Origin: a bacterium | GTDB lineage: Bacteria > SZUA-182 > DTGQ01 | Assembly (NCBI GenBank): GCA_040752695.1 | Contig: JBFMGO010000029.1 | Location: 1-55,920, forward strand | DNA length: 55,920 nucleotides | Direction: 5' to 3' | Shown: positions 1 through 9,756 of the stretch, piece after piece | How positions within the stretch are numbered: position 1 is the first letter of the stretch | Layout of the letters: the number at the start of each line of letters is the position of its first letter | Made by a program: the position numbers and the translations under genes | The notes under the pieces: generated by a model | Seen by the model: only the letters and a program-made list of their open reading frames with translations | Databases searched by the model: none | What the model was told of the DNA's origin: nothing

Positions 1-214
1 CCTGGGGAATTTACACAAAGTCAATGCTCATGCGATTTATGGTTTAATTCGTTCCAGACAATCTCAGCCTTGCGACTTTCAGCAACTTAAACGGGCTGCT
101 TGAGATAAAACTTTTAACTGTCGAGTATATTATATGTAATATATGTATTACCCTGTATTGCACATATTGCATATATTTTTATATATTGTGTGTATTGCTA
201 TGTAAGGAAACATA

Positions 215-1339
215 ATGTTGAACCAAAAACAAGATTTCGATGTCGTGGTTGTTGGTGGAGGGCCTGCTGGAGCGATAGCTGCCAAATATGCAGCTTCGAA
301 TGGGGTCAAGACCCTCTTGCTGGAGCAAAAAAAGGTCATTGGAGTTCCTGTCCGGTGCGGTGAGTTTTTCCCTATGGCCGAAGAGTTAGAAAAGATTTTT
401 GTGCGCAGCAAGTTAGTACCGGAATTGTACAACATCAGGAACGATCTCATTGCTCAAAGGATAGACACGGTACGGGTATACTCTCCCAAGGGCACGAGTT
501 TTGATGTCCCGCTGCAGGGGCACAGCGTGTACAGGGAAAAATTTGAGCAGCACCTGCTCAATGAAGCTGCCAAGGCAGGAGCCACCATTCAGATGAATAC
601 GCGGGTCGAGATGATTGAGGGAGGTTCGGTTTACATGAGAGATGCGGTGTTAAGTCCCCGCGTTATCGTTCTGGCCTGCGGCCCCAATCGAAAGCTGCTT
701 AATCAACTTGGAATCCCGGTTCAGAAGGATCTTGCCATTTGTGTCCAATACCTCATGGAAGGTCTTCATATTGAACCTAATGTCGTTGATATGTATTACG
801 GAAATGTATCACCAGGAGGGTATGCCTGGGTGATTCCCAAAGGAAAAGACTGTGCTAATGTGGGGTTGGGGATACGAAGGGATTTCTATGGTCAGAATGT
901 CCTGAATCTACTGGATCAATTCCTTCAAGGCCCTTTCATGGCGGAGAAAATCGGGCAGGGCCGAAAGATTTCCACTATTGCGGGGCTTGTGCCGGTTAAC
1001 GGCCCTCTTCCCAATACGGTCATTGGCAACACTCTTCTGGTCGGCGATGCGGGTGGACACGTAATGGCCACCAACGGTGGAGGCATCCCCACAGCCATGA
1101 TCTGCGGCCGCATAGCCGGAGAGGTCAGTGCAAGCCATGTCCGGCAGTCGAAACCTCTGGATGCTTACGAAAAGAAGTGGAAGGAGGAGTGCGGCAAGGA
1201 ATTTGCCAATGCCCTCCATACCCGAAAGAGAGCTGATTTTGTTGTCTATCGGTTCGGCTGGGCGGCAGAAATCCTGATGAGGCTTGTAGGCACCAAGATT
1301 ATTTCGCGAGCACTGAAATGCGCTTTTGTCGGTCCCTGA
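215..1339 (+). CDS. Geranylgeranyl reductase family FAD-dependent oxidoreductase (digeranylgeranylglycerophospholipid reductase-like)
   Basis: N-terminal VVVGGGPAG Rossmann motif, PGGYAWVIPKG..ANVGLG and GDAGGHV...GGGI motifs typical of the GGR family. Confidence 0.85.
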   Translation: MLNQKQDFDVVVVGGGPAGAIAAKYAASNGVKTLLLEQKKVIGVPVRCGEFFPMAEELEKIFVRSKLVPELYNIRNDLIAQRIDTVRVYSPKGTSFDVPLQGHSVYREKFEQHLLNEAAKAGATIQMNTRVEMIEGGSVYMRDAVLSPRVIVLACGPNRKLLNQLGIPVQKDLAICVQYLMEGLHIEPNVVDMYYGNVSPGGYAWVIPKGKDCANVGLGIRRDFYGQNVLNLLDQFLQGPFMAEKIGQGRKISTIAGLVPVNGPLPNTVIGNTLLVGDAGGHVMATNGGGIPTAMICGRIAGEVSASHVRQSKPLDAYEKKWKEECGKEFANALHTRKRADFVVYRFGWAAEILMRLVGTKIISRALKCAFVGP

Positions 1340-1945
1340 TGCATCTTGCATCTTGGCATCTTACAACTTGCATCTTGCATGCGGAGCAGATAGCCAGTCC
1401 GTGATACGTCTAATCTTTTCTTTTTAGTGTGACACATGATCGGTCCTTGATATACCTTTCGCGTATGGCAGATGAGCGGATGATCGATCCCTGATGAATT
1501 AGCCGATCTTTGATGCACTACTCGGCCACCGATGCACTTTGGCCCTTGATGCATTTACTAGGTCCTGTGATGCGCTATTCGGCCCCTGATGCATAATTGC
1601 ATTGCATCTTTTCTTTGTATGTGGCTGACAAAATGAGACCGGCACTGATAAAATGGTATCGGATCAATAGCGACATTGGCGAAATGGGATGGCACCCATG
1701 AAACGGGAATAGCATGCCTGGAATGCGAAGGCACTCGTGGGATGAAAAGATGCCCACAGGATGAAAGGTACTTACAGAATGAGAAAGTGCTCATAGAATG
1801 AGATGGCACTCGTGCAGAAAGATGACACTCATGCAGTGATGATGACGCCCATGCAAAAAGATGGCGCTGATAAGGTGATGATGACACTGATAAATCCGAG
1901 AGTGAAGAAAGAAGGCTGAAGGAAGAGAGAAAAAGGCTCAGGATT

Positions 1946-2806
1946 ATGAATATTATTGATTACATAGATATTTGGTATCGCATTTTACGCAGAAAGCCCA
2001 TCGGGTTCAGTATCGACCTCACCCATCAGTGCAATCTTTCCTGCAAAACATGCTATATGAAGTGGTATCAGCGCGAGCCGGAAATATCTACCGGGCAATG
2101 GGAAAAACTCCTATCCTCCTTTCCCCTCAGTTACCGTTACTATGGAGCGTGGACAGGAGGAGAGCCTCTTTTGCGGGCGGAAACCATTGCAAAGCTGATT
2201 CACCTTTTCAAATGGAACTGGGTTGCCACGAACGGGACGATTCCACTTCCCATAAATTGGTCCAATGTTTCATTCCTTGTTTCCATTGACGGAAACGAGG
2301 AAATCCACGATCGGCAGAGGGGTCACTGGGCGGAGGTAGTCAAGAATGTCCGTCAGGATTGCTTCGTTATCTACGATATTACTCATCTCAATCGCGAAGA
2401 GAAAGTCTTGCGGGAAACGGTCAAATTCTGGCAGAGTCGATGTAAGGGGATCATTTTCGGCTTCTACACGCCGTCGGTCGATGACAAGTCGGGATTACTC
2501 CTGAGCCCGGAAGAGCGCAGGACCGCTGTAGAGATTATAAGGAAACTGAAAAATGAATACCCCAATTTCATCGTTAACAGTATCAAACAACTGGAGAATT
2601 GCTGCAACACCCCCTGGAGTCAGAATTGCCCGGCTGGAAACTGCATCGTAGGATTAACCGTACAGGGTGAATTTAAAACCCCGTGCGTCATGGGTTCGGA
2701 TGTGGATTGCTCGAAATGCGGGTGCGCCGTGCCCCAGTTTATGTACCTGGTGCAGCGCCTCGACATCCCGGCCATTCTCTCCTCCATACGGATACTTTCG
2801 AAGTAG
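1946..2806 (+). CDS. Radical SAM protein with C-terminal Cys-rich auxiliary motif
   Basis: CNLSCKTC (CxxxCxxC), TGGEPLL, TNGT, SIDG motifs; C-terminal PCVMGSDVDCSKCGC. Confidence 0.85.
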   Translation: MNIIDYIDIWYRILRRKPIGFSIDLTHQCNLSCKTCYMKWYQREPEISTGQWEKLLSSFPLSYRYYGAWTGGEPLLRAETIAKLIHLFKWNWVATNGTIPLPINWSNVSFLVSIDGNEEIHDRQRGHWAEVVKNVRQDCFVIYDITHLNREEKVLRETVKFWQSRCKGIIFGFYTPSVDDKSGLLLSPEERRTAVEIIRKLKNEYPNFIVNSIKQLENCCNTPWSQNCPAGNCIVGLTVQGEFKTPCVMGSDVDCSKCGCAVPQFMYLVQRLDIPAILSSIRILSK

Positions 2807-2974
2807 TTCATGCAGAGTACTCCATGACATGCACAGTACCCCATGATATGAATAGTACGCCATGACATATGTGTGGATAGATATAACCAAACGCTTTCAG
2901 ATGAACTCAATGCACCAAACACAGCCCAATATACAACAGCCCAACACACAACCCATAAGCCCATATATAAACAG

Positions 2975-3613
2975 ATGAAAAAAAAATCGATTCTTGCCCT
3001 CATTTATGATCTCGATGGAACGCTCATCGATTCGCGTCGAGATCTGTGCATTGCCGCGAATGTCATGCGCTCTCACTTCGGCCTCTCACCCATAAGTGAG
3101 GAAACGATACGAAACTACATCGGCCTTGGCGTCAAGCACTTGGTCAGCCGAGCTCTTGACGGCAAAGAGGCTCTGTATGCGGAAGGATTCGATATCCTGC
3201 GCAGTTATTATGCCAAACACTTAACCGAAAACACTCTCCTTTTCGAAGGCGTGGTCGAGATATTGGAATATTTCAAGCATAAAATGCAATTCGTGCTGAG
3301 CAATAAGCTCGATACGGAAACGAAAATGATTATTCAACAACTCAATATCAGTCGGTATTTTACCGAGGTCATCGGCGATATCGATGGAATACCCATCAAG
3401 CCTGATCCAGCCAAGCTGCTGGCTATCATGGATAAATACAGCATCGTTCGTCAAGATGCTGTAATGGTCGGAGACAGCTCAATCGATATCGAAACCGGTT
3501 ATAACGCAGGCGTCAACACAGTTTTCATTAACGGCGGAATCGGCAAAAGAGGAACCATCGAACCAGATATTGTCGTTGACCGCATCGTTGACCTCAAAGA
3601 TTACTTCACCTGA
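2975..3613 (+). CDS. HAD-superfamily hydrolase, phosphoglycolate phosphatase-like
   Basis: YDLDGTLIDS motif I, LSNK, KPDP, MVGDSSIDI motif IV; start moved to ATG 2975 because the upstream extension of ORF 2873 is low-complexity. Confidence 0.85.
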   Translation: MKKKSILALIYDLDGTLIDSRRDLCIAANVMRSHFGLSPISEETIRNYIGLGVKHLVSRALDGKEALYAEGFDILRSYYAKHLTENTLLFEGVVEILEYFKHKMQFVLSNKLDTETKMIIQQLNISRYFTEVIGDIDGIPIKPDPAKLLAIMDKYSIVRQDAVMVGDSSIDIETGYNAGVNTVFINGGIGKRGTIEPDIVVDRIVDLKDYFT

Positions 3614-4032
3614 TGATTTCCTGATGAATAACATGGTGAATAACATGGTGAATACATGATTATGAACACATGATGAATCCCTAGTGGGCCCTTGAAGAAC
3701 ACATGAAGAACACATGACGAAACCCTGACATCCTCCCATGATCTCCCGACCTTCCCCTGATGCTCTCCTTAAGATAATCCCCTGATCTTCCCCTGATGAT
3801 TCATGATCCGAGCTTCCGCACCCTCTTTGTGAAATTAAACATTTATGTGATCCGATGAATTCTGAAAGTCCGTTCAGCAGTGTCTTTTTGGCAAGGGTGC
3901 GTGAAAAGCAGGTTAAAAAGATGTTATCATTTGAAGGGATTGCGCATATATTCGGCAGGCAGGCATATATTAAGAGAGGGTTTATCCCTACAACGCGATT
4001 TATAATCAATAGATCTATATTTATAGTAACCC

Positions 4033-6294
4033 ATGATCGATCAGGCACAGATTATTCTCAAAGACGTATTCGGGTATGATGAATTCAGACCCCTCCAAAG
4101 AGAGATCATCCATAATGTTCTCAAAAGAAACGATACTTTGGTCATCATGCCGACAGGAGGGGGAAAATCGCTCTGCTACCAAATCCCAGCCCTCATTTTC
4201 GAGGGCTTGACGGTAGTCGTCTCTCCTTTGATTTCGCTGATGAAGGACCAGGTTGGGCAATTGAAGGAGCTTGATGTCGATGCCGCATTTTTAAACAGTT
4301 CATTGTCGTATGAGCACTACCGGCAAACCGTTGCGCGGATAGTGAGAAATGAAGTCAAGCTGCTTTACCTTGCCCCTGAAACATTGTTCAAACCAAAAAC
4401 CCTGGCGTTGCTTTCGTCGGTGAAGGTTGATTGCCTGACCATCGATGAGGCTCACTGCATTTCAGAATGGGGGCACGATTTCCGGCCCGAATACCGGAAG
4501 CTTATTGAGATCAGGCGACAGTACCCCTCGGCAGTATGCATTGCTCTCACAGCGACGGCAACACCACGGGTGCGGCAGGATATCAAAAGCAATCTCGGCT
4601 TTGACCAGGTGAATGAATTTATTGCCAGTTTTAACAGAGAGAATTTATTTATCCAAATCGTGCCGAAAAACAATCCTCTTTCCCAGTCATTGCAATTTTT
4701 GCAGAGGTTTCCGAACCAATCCGGCATCATATACTGCTTTTCCCGCAAACAGGTGGATGAACTGTATGAAGTATTGCAGGGAGAAGGATTCAGCGTCAGG
4801 CCGTATCATGCGGGTTTGTCTGAAAATGAGCGCACCCGGAATCAGGGATTGTTTATCAGGGATGATGTACAGATTATCGTAGCCACTATTGCTTTTGGCA
4901 TGGGAATCAATAAGCCGAATGTCCGGTTTGTTATCCATTATGATCCTCCTAAAAATATCGAGACTTACTATCAGGAGATCGGCAGGGCAGGGCGCGATGG
5001 CTTAAAAGCCCATTGCCTGCTGCTGTTCGGCTATGGAGATATCCAGAAAATTAAATATTTCACGGCCCAGAAGAGCGAACAGGAACAACAGATAGCCAAT
5101 CTTCATCTTGATGCCTTGCTGCGCTTTATCGAAACCGGTACCTGCCGCCGCGTCCCCTTGCTCACCTATTTTGGCGAGGATTATTCCGCTCCAAAGTGCG
5201 ACTCATGTGACAGGTGCCTGGAAGGAGAAAAGGAGCTTGTCGATATTACCATCCCTGCTCAAAAATTCCTCTCGTGCGTCAAAAGGACCGGCGAGACATT
5301 CGGCATCAATCATATCATTGACGTCCTGCGGGGGGCACGCTCTCAGAACGTATTGAAATTCAATCATCAAAGCTTATCGACCTACGGTATCGGAAAGGAG
5401 TATTCAAAGAGGCAGTGGTTTAATCTGGCCCGGCAATTTATTCAACATGGCCTGATGATACAGGATATGGCGTATGGCAGTTTAAAACTCACTCCAAAAA
5501 CCTATGAGGTATTTAAAGGCACGAAAAAAGTCATGGGTAGGGTCGAAGGAAAAGAAGCCGGTGACGGGCAGGGAGAAGAAAGTGCTGTCCAATACGACCG
5601 TGGTTTGTTCGAATTATTGAGAGGGAAACGAAAGGAGTTGGCTGACAAGGCCAGCGTTCCCCCCTATATAATTTTCCCTGATAAAACTCTCATGGAAATG
5701 GCCACTTTTTTTCCGCAATCCGAGAGGAGCTTATTGAATATTCAAGGGGTCGGATTAGCAAGGCTTGAAAAATACGGCGATATTTTCCTGAATATCATTG
5801 AGCAGTACTGCCGGGAACAGGGTATTCAAGAGAAACCGAAGCACACAGCAGCCAGCCAATTAACCGCAGCCAGTCAATTAACCGCCGCATCAACGCTAAT
5901 GCCAGCGGCAGCTCAATTGCCGACATCAAAACCAATACAAAAGCCAATATCAAGGCAGGCCCCTAAGTCAACGCAAAAACGAAAACACATTATCGTGGGA
6001 GAGGCATATAACCAGGGCAAACCGGTCAAAGAGCTTATGGAGGAGTTCGGTGTCAAGCTGGACACGATCTTGGCTCACCTGTACAAATACCTGCAGGAAG
6101 GGCATACGATCAGGACCAATGGGCTCCTGGAGCTTTCAACCTTATCCACCGACCAGCAATCTGCCGTGTTGAAAACCATCGACCAGCTTGGCACGGGATA
6201 CCTGAAGCCCGTCTTCGAGGCGCTCAATGAAGAAATCAGCTACATAGAGATCAGGATCTTGCACTTGTATTATGTGAGTACACGTAGTATGTAA
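4033..6294 (+). CDS. recQ: ATP-dependent DNA helicase RecQ
   Basis: MPTGGGKSLCYQ Walker A, DEAHCISEWGHDFRP, QEIGRAGRDG, Zn-binding CRR..CDSCDRC, RQC and HRDC (VPPYIIFPDKTL) regions, C-terminal HTH-like tail. Confidence 0.97.
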   Translation: MIDQAQIILKDVFGYDEFRPLQREIIHNVLKRNDTLVIMPTGGGKSLCYQIPALIFEGLTVVVSPLISLMKDQVGQLKELDVDAAFLNSSLSYEHYRQTVARIVRNEVKLLYLAPETLFKPKTLALLSSVKVDCLTIDEAHCISEWGHDFRPEYRKLIEIRRQYPSAVCIALTATATPRVRQDIKSNLGFDQVNEFIASFNRENLFIQIVPKNNPLSQSLQFLQRFPNQSGIIYCFSRKQVDELYEVLQGEGFSVRPYHAGLSENERTRNQGLFIRDDVQIIVATIAFGMGINKPNVRFVIHYDPPKNIETYYQEIGRAGRDGLKAHCLLLFGYGDIQKIKYFTAQKSEQEQQIANLHLDALLRFIETGTCRRVPLLTYFGEDYSAPKCDSCDRCLEGEKELVDITIPAQKFLSCVKRTGETFGINHIIDVLRGARSQNVLKFNHQSLSTYGIGKEYSKRQWFNLARQFIQHGLMIQDMAYGSLKLTPKTYEVFKGTKKVMGRVEGKEAGDGQGEESAVQYDRGLFELLRGKRKELADKASVPPYIIFPDKTLMEMATFFPQSERSLLNIQGVGLARLEKYGDIFLNIIEQYCREQGIQEKPKHTAASQLTAASQLTAASTLMPAAAQLPTSKPIQKPISRQAPKSTQKRKHIIVGEAYNQGKPVKELMEEFGVKLDTILAHLYKYLQEGHTIRTNGLLELSTLSTDQQSAVLKTIDQLGTGYLKPVFEALNEEISYIEIRILHLYYVSTRSM

Positions 6295-6350
6295 GCATGC
6301 CCTTGTTTCCCTGACTGACACTTTTAAGGAAAGGTTCCCTTGTTTTATCC

Positions 6351-6380
6351 TTGACATCAGTTAAATATTCCTGGTAAAAT
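6351..6380 (+). promoter_or_regulatory. Sigma70-type promoter upstream of the fluoride riboswitch
   Basis: TTGACA (6351-6356), 18-nt spacer, TG-n-TAAAAT extended -10 (6375-6380). Confidence 0.7.
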
Positions 6381-6428
6381 AAAAACCAGGTTTGGAACTA
6401 TTATTACATCTTATCAGCAGGTTTAAAA

Positions 6429-6488
6429 GGCGATGGAGTTCCGCCGTATAACCGCTTCCGGATAATGCCGGAAGCTGATGACTCCTAC
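6429..6488 (+). ncRNA. Fluoride riboswitch (crcB motif) aptamer
   Basis: GGCGATGGAGTTCCGCC..TAACCGC-[hairpin CTTCCGG/CCGGAAG]-CTGATGACTCCTAC matches the crcB consensus GGCGATGGAGTTCGCC...AACCGC...GCTAATGACTCCTAC, with the GGAGT/ACTCC pseudoknot. Confidence 0.92.
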
Positions 6489-6542
6489 CGGCAGGTAAAT
6501 ACTTGTGGTAGGAGTCGAAGAATTGCTTATATCGAATTTTTT

Positions 6543-6586
6543 AAGGCTCTTACCAGGGTTAATTCCTGGATAGGGCCTTTTTTTTT
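6543..6586 (+). terminator. Intrinsic terminator in the riboswitch leader
   Basis: AAGGCTCTTACCAGGG-TTAAT-TCCTGGATAGGGCCTT stem followed by a long T run, between aptamer and start codon. Confidence 0.7.
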
Positions 6587-6701
6587 ATAAGCAGTAAAAA
6601 GAGCCGGCAAAACGATGAATAAGTAAGGAATCAATAAGGAATCGGTGAATCAGTAAAGAAACAGTGAATCAGCAAGGAACCAGTGAGGAGGAAGTTTATC
6701 T

Positions 6702-7991
6702 ATGGCTTTAGCGCTGGCAAAGATTATCATTTTCGGCCTGATTGCCGACTGGCTGCTCAGAAAGGTTCGAATTCCCGGCCTGATAGGGATGCTCCTGGTA
6801 GGCGTGGCTTTTGGGCCGTATGCCCTCGGGTGGCTGAGCCCGGAGCTTTTGGCCATTGCTGCGGACTTGCGCCTGATCGCTCTCATTGTCATTTTGTTGC
6901 GGGCGGGGTTCCAATTGAGCAAGGATACACTGAACCGGGTGGGGAAGCTGGCTTTCAGGCTTTCTTTTATCCCGGCCACGTTCGAGGCTGCGGCTATTAC
7001 GCTTCTCGGTCCGCATCTTTTAGGGTTGACCTGGCTGGAATCGGCGGTCCTTGGCTTTGTGCTCTCTGCGGTCTCGCCGGCAGTGGTGGTGCCGCTCATG
7101 ATACGCTTCATAGAAGAGGGGCGGGGAGCGGAAAAGGGTATCCCAACCCTGGTTTTGGCTGGCGCATCAATGGACGATGTCTATGTCATCACGGTCTACA
7201 GTGCTCTCATTGGCATATACACAGGCCGTAAAGTCAATATCATCTGGAAACTGGCCGGGATACCCCTGTCCATTTGCCTGGGCATAGGCATTGGCTTGCT
7301 GGCAGGGTATCTTCTGTATCGCTTGTTCGAGCGTTTCGATCCGCGGGCAACCAAGCGCGTGCTGCTGATCCTGGGAGTTTCCATTCTCCTGGTACAGCTC
7401 GAACACGTAATTCAGAACTGGATTCCCTTCGCATCCCTTTTGGGTGTCATGGCTATCGGATTCATCATCCTGGAAAAGCGGGAGCTCATGGCCCATGAGA
7501 TATCCGCCAAACTGGGCAAGATCTGGGTCTTTGCCGAGATCTTGCTCTTTGTTATGGTGGGAGTGCAGGTCAATGTGCCTGTAGCTCTGCGGGCAGGTCT
7601 GGCCGGGTGCGTCCTGATCGGGCTTTCCCTGGTTTCAAGGAGCATCGGAACCTACCTGTGCGTTACGGGAAGCGAACTGACCTTTAAAGAAAGGATGTTT
7701 GTCGTTGTTTCCTATCTTCCCAAGGCAACTGTCCAGGCAGCATTCGGAGCGGCTCCCCTTGCCGCCATGAAGCTTGCAGGCATGAATACCGCACCTGGCG
7801 AACTCATCCTGGCCATGGCTGTACTGAGCATCCTTTTGACTGCTCCCCTGGGTGCATTCGCTATCGCCATGGCTGGAGAACGGTGGCTCAAGGTCGCTCC
7901 GTCCACGATATCCATGCCTCGGAAGTCTGATGCAGTGCAGGCCAGAGAGGGAAAAGCGGACCTTAAAGGGGCACGATGTGAAACGACGTGA
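6702..7991 (+). CDS. Cation:proton antiporter (Na+/H+ exchanger family, NHA/SLC9B-like)
   Basis: About 12 hydrophobic segments; ILLRAG, AVSPAVVVP, ASMDDV (paired Asp), PKATVQAA motifs; SD GAGGAGG upstream. Confidence 0.9.
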   Translation: MALALAKIIIFGLIADWLLRKVRIPGLIGMLLVGVAFGPYALGWLSPELLAIAADLRLIALIVILLRAGFQLSKDTLNRVGKLAFRLSFIPATFEAAAITLLGPHLLGLTWLESAVLGFVLSAVSPAVVVPLMIRFIEEGRGAEKGIPTLVLAGASMDDVYVITVYSALIGIYTGRKVNIIWKLAGIPLSICLGIGIGLLAGYLLYRLFERFDPRATKRVLLILGVSILLVQLEHVIQNWIPFASLLGVMAIGFIILEKRELMAHEISAKLGKIWVFAEILLFVMVGVQVNVPVALRAGLAGCVLIGLSLVSRSIGTYLCVTGSELTFKERMFVVVSYLPKATVQAAFGAAPLAAMKLAGMNTAPGELILAMAVLSILLTAPLGAFAIAMAGERWLKVAPSTISMPRKSDAVQAREGKADLKGARCETT

Positions 7992-9558
7992 ACCTGAGCA
8001 TGTATCCGAAACAGCCTTATCCCCAAAAGCGGCACCCACAGAAACGGGATCTCCAAGAGCCAGATCCCAAACAGCGATATCCCAAACAGCGGCATCTCAA
8101 ACAGCCACATCCCCCATAGCCTCGCCTTCCCCTCCCCGGCAGCCACCCTCGAAACCTCCGTTATCCTCGCTATCCCCGCTATCCCCAACTGTTATCGCCC
8201 TGGGCCTGGTCAGTTTCTTCACTGACCTGTCCAGTGAGATGATTTATCCTCTTTTGCCTGTGTTTCTCTCTTCTGTACTGGGGGCAGGAGCGTTCGCCCT
8301 TGGACTCATTGAGGGCATAGCTGAGACAACTGCCTCAATCCTGAAGATTGTCTCAGGTTATCTGACTGACAGGGCAGGCGGAAGAAAGCCCTTTGTCCTG
8401 ATCGGTTACGGCCTGTCCTCTACCGTTCGTCCCTTGATCGGTCTGGCCATGGTCTGGCCTGCGGTCCTTGTCCTGAGATTTATGGACAGGGTAGGCAAAG
8501 GGATCAGGACATCTCCACGGGACGCCCTGATTGCCGAGGTCACTCCTCCCGGATGCAGGGGCCGGGCATACGGCTTTCACCGGGCCATGGATCATGCTGG
8601 CGCAGTCTTTGGTCCTCTGGCCGCAGTCCTTTTAATACAGAGATTTGGGTTTTCGCTGCGAAGCGTTTTTCTCTGTTCCGCAATTCCTGCTGTTGCGGTC
8701 ATGGTGATCCTTGCTTTATTCGTGCGGGAAGGAAAGCAAGAGGGCAAGGTGACTGGCGATTCCCCACTCGTGCAGAAAGGAATGAGTGGTGGCAGGGTGT
8801 CTTGCGATAATCCGGCAGCAGCGGGAGGCGAGGCAGCAGCAGAGGGAAGAGGGACAGACCAACATCAGGCTGTGGTACAGTCTGCAAGACATGTTGCAAA
8901 ACATGTTGCAAGACAGGCTGCGGGAGAATCAGCGGGAGAATCTGCTGAACAATCAGCGGAACAATCTGCTGGGCAATCAGGGACTGATCAAAAGGGCATG
9001 GGAGGTGATTTTAGGCTCTTCCTCCTGGCCGTCATCATCTTTACCCTTGGCAACTCCACTGATGCATTCCTCTTGCTCAGGCTTAATGCGGCAGGCGTGG
9101 GAGCGGCTGGAACAGCTACCCTCTGGTCGCTGTTCCATGTGGTGAAGATGGCGTCAACTTATGCAGGAGGACGGCTTTCGGACAGAACCGGGCAAAAATC
9201 CATGATCATAACCGGCTGGGCTTATTATGCTTTTATATATCTTCTGTTTGCCTTTCTCCACAGCCAAAGGGCACTGATCGGCGTTTTCCTGCTATACGGC
9301 GCTTACTTTGGTCTTACCGAACCTGCAGAGAGGGCCTGGGTGTCCTCATTCGCACCTCAGGCAGGGAGGGGAAGAGCCTTCGGCTCCTATCATGGCGCCA
9401 TCGGCCTTGCCTCTTTGCCAGCCAGCCTCATCTTTGGCCTGGTGTGGCAGACATGGGGCTATAGATACGCCTTTATCATGGGTGGAATTTTCGCTTTGCT
9501 CGGATGCGTACTTATCAGGGAGGCATCGGCACCATCTACGGATGCCTGCCGTGCTTGA
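7978..9558 (+). CDS. MFS transporter
   Basis: SFFTDLSSEMIYPLLP, GYLTDRAGGRK, DRVGKGIRTSPRDALI and GRLSDRTG motif A copies; likely GTG start 7978 overlapping the antiporter stop; low-complexity N-terminus and central loop. Confidence 0.9.
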   Translation: MKRREPEHVSETALSPKAAPTETGSPRARSQTAISQTAASQTATSPIASPSPPRQPPSKPPLSSLSPLSPTVIALGLVSFFTDLSSEMIYPLLPVFLSSVLGAGAFALGLIEGIAETTASILKIVSGYLTDRAGGRKPFVLIGYGLSSTVRPLIGLAMVWPAVLVLRFMDRVGKGIRTSPRDALIAEVTPPGCRGRAYGFHRAMDHAGAVFGPLAAVLLIQRFGFSLRSVFLCSAIPAVAVMVILALFVREGKQEGKVTGDSPLVQKGMSGGRVSCDNPAAAGGEAAAEGRGTDQHQAVVQSARHVAKHVARQAAGESAGESAEQSAEQSAGQSGTDQKGMGGDFRLFLLAVIIFTLGNSTDAFLLLRLNAAGVGAAGTATLWSLFHVVKMASTYAGGRLSDRTGQKSMIITGWAYYAFIYLLFAFLHSQRALIGVFLLYGAYFGLTEPAERAWVSSFAPQAGRGRAFGSYHGAIGLASLPASLIFGLVWQTWGYRYAFIMGGIFALLGCVLIREASAPSTDACRA

Positions 9559-9574
9559 CCGCATGGGATTTCCG

Positions 9575-9728
9575 CGTAGTTCCCGTAACTCCCATAGTTC
9601 CTGTAGCTCCAGAAATTCCCGTAACTTCCGAAATTCCCGTAACTCCTATCAACTCCTGTAACTCCTCCTAACTCCTGTAATTCCCGTAACTCCTATAACT
9701 CCCGGGGTTCCTATGACTCCTGTAACTT
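9575..9728. repeat. Degenerate 9-nt tandem repeat (AACTCCYGT-like)
   Basis: Repeated units such as aactcctgt, aactcccgt, aattcccgt directly after the MFS stop. Confidence 0.8.
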
Positions 9729-9756
9729 CACAAGTCGCAGGTGGAGAACCTTCCCC

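Noticed and set aside
1946..2806. Radical SAM protein as a tetraether or membrane-spanning lipid synthase
   Set aside because: At 286 aa it is much shorter than those enzymes and lacks their extra domains
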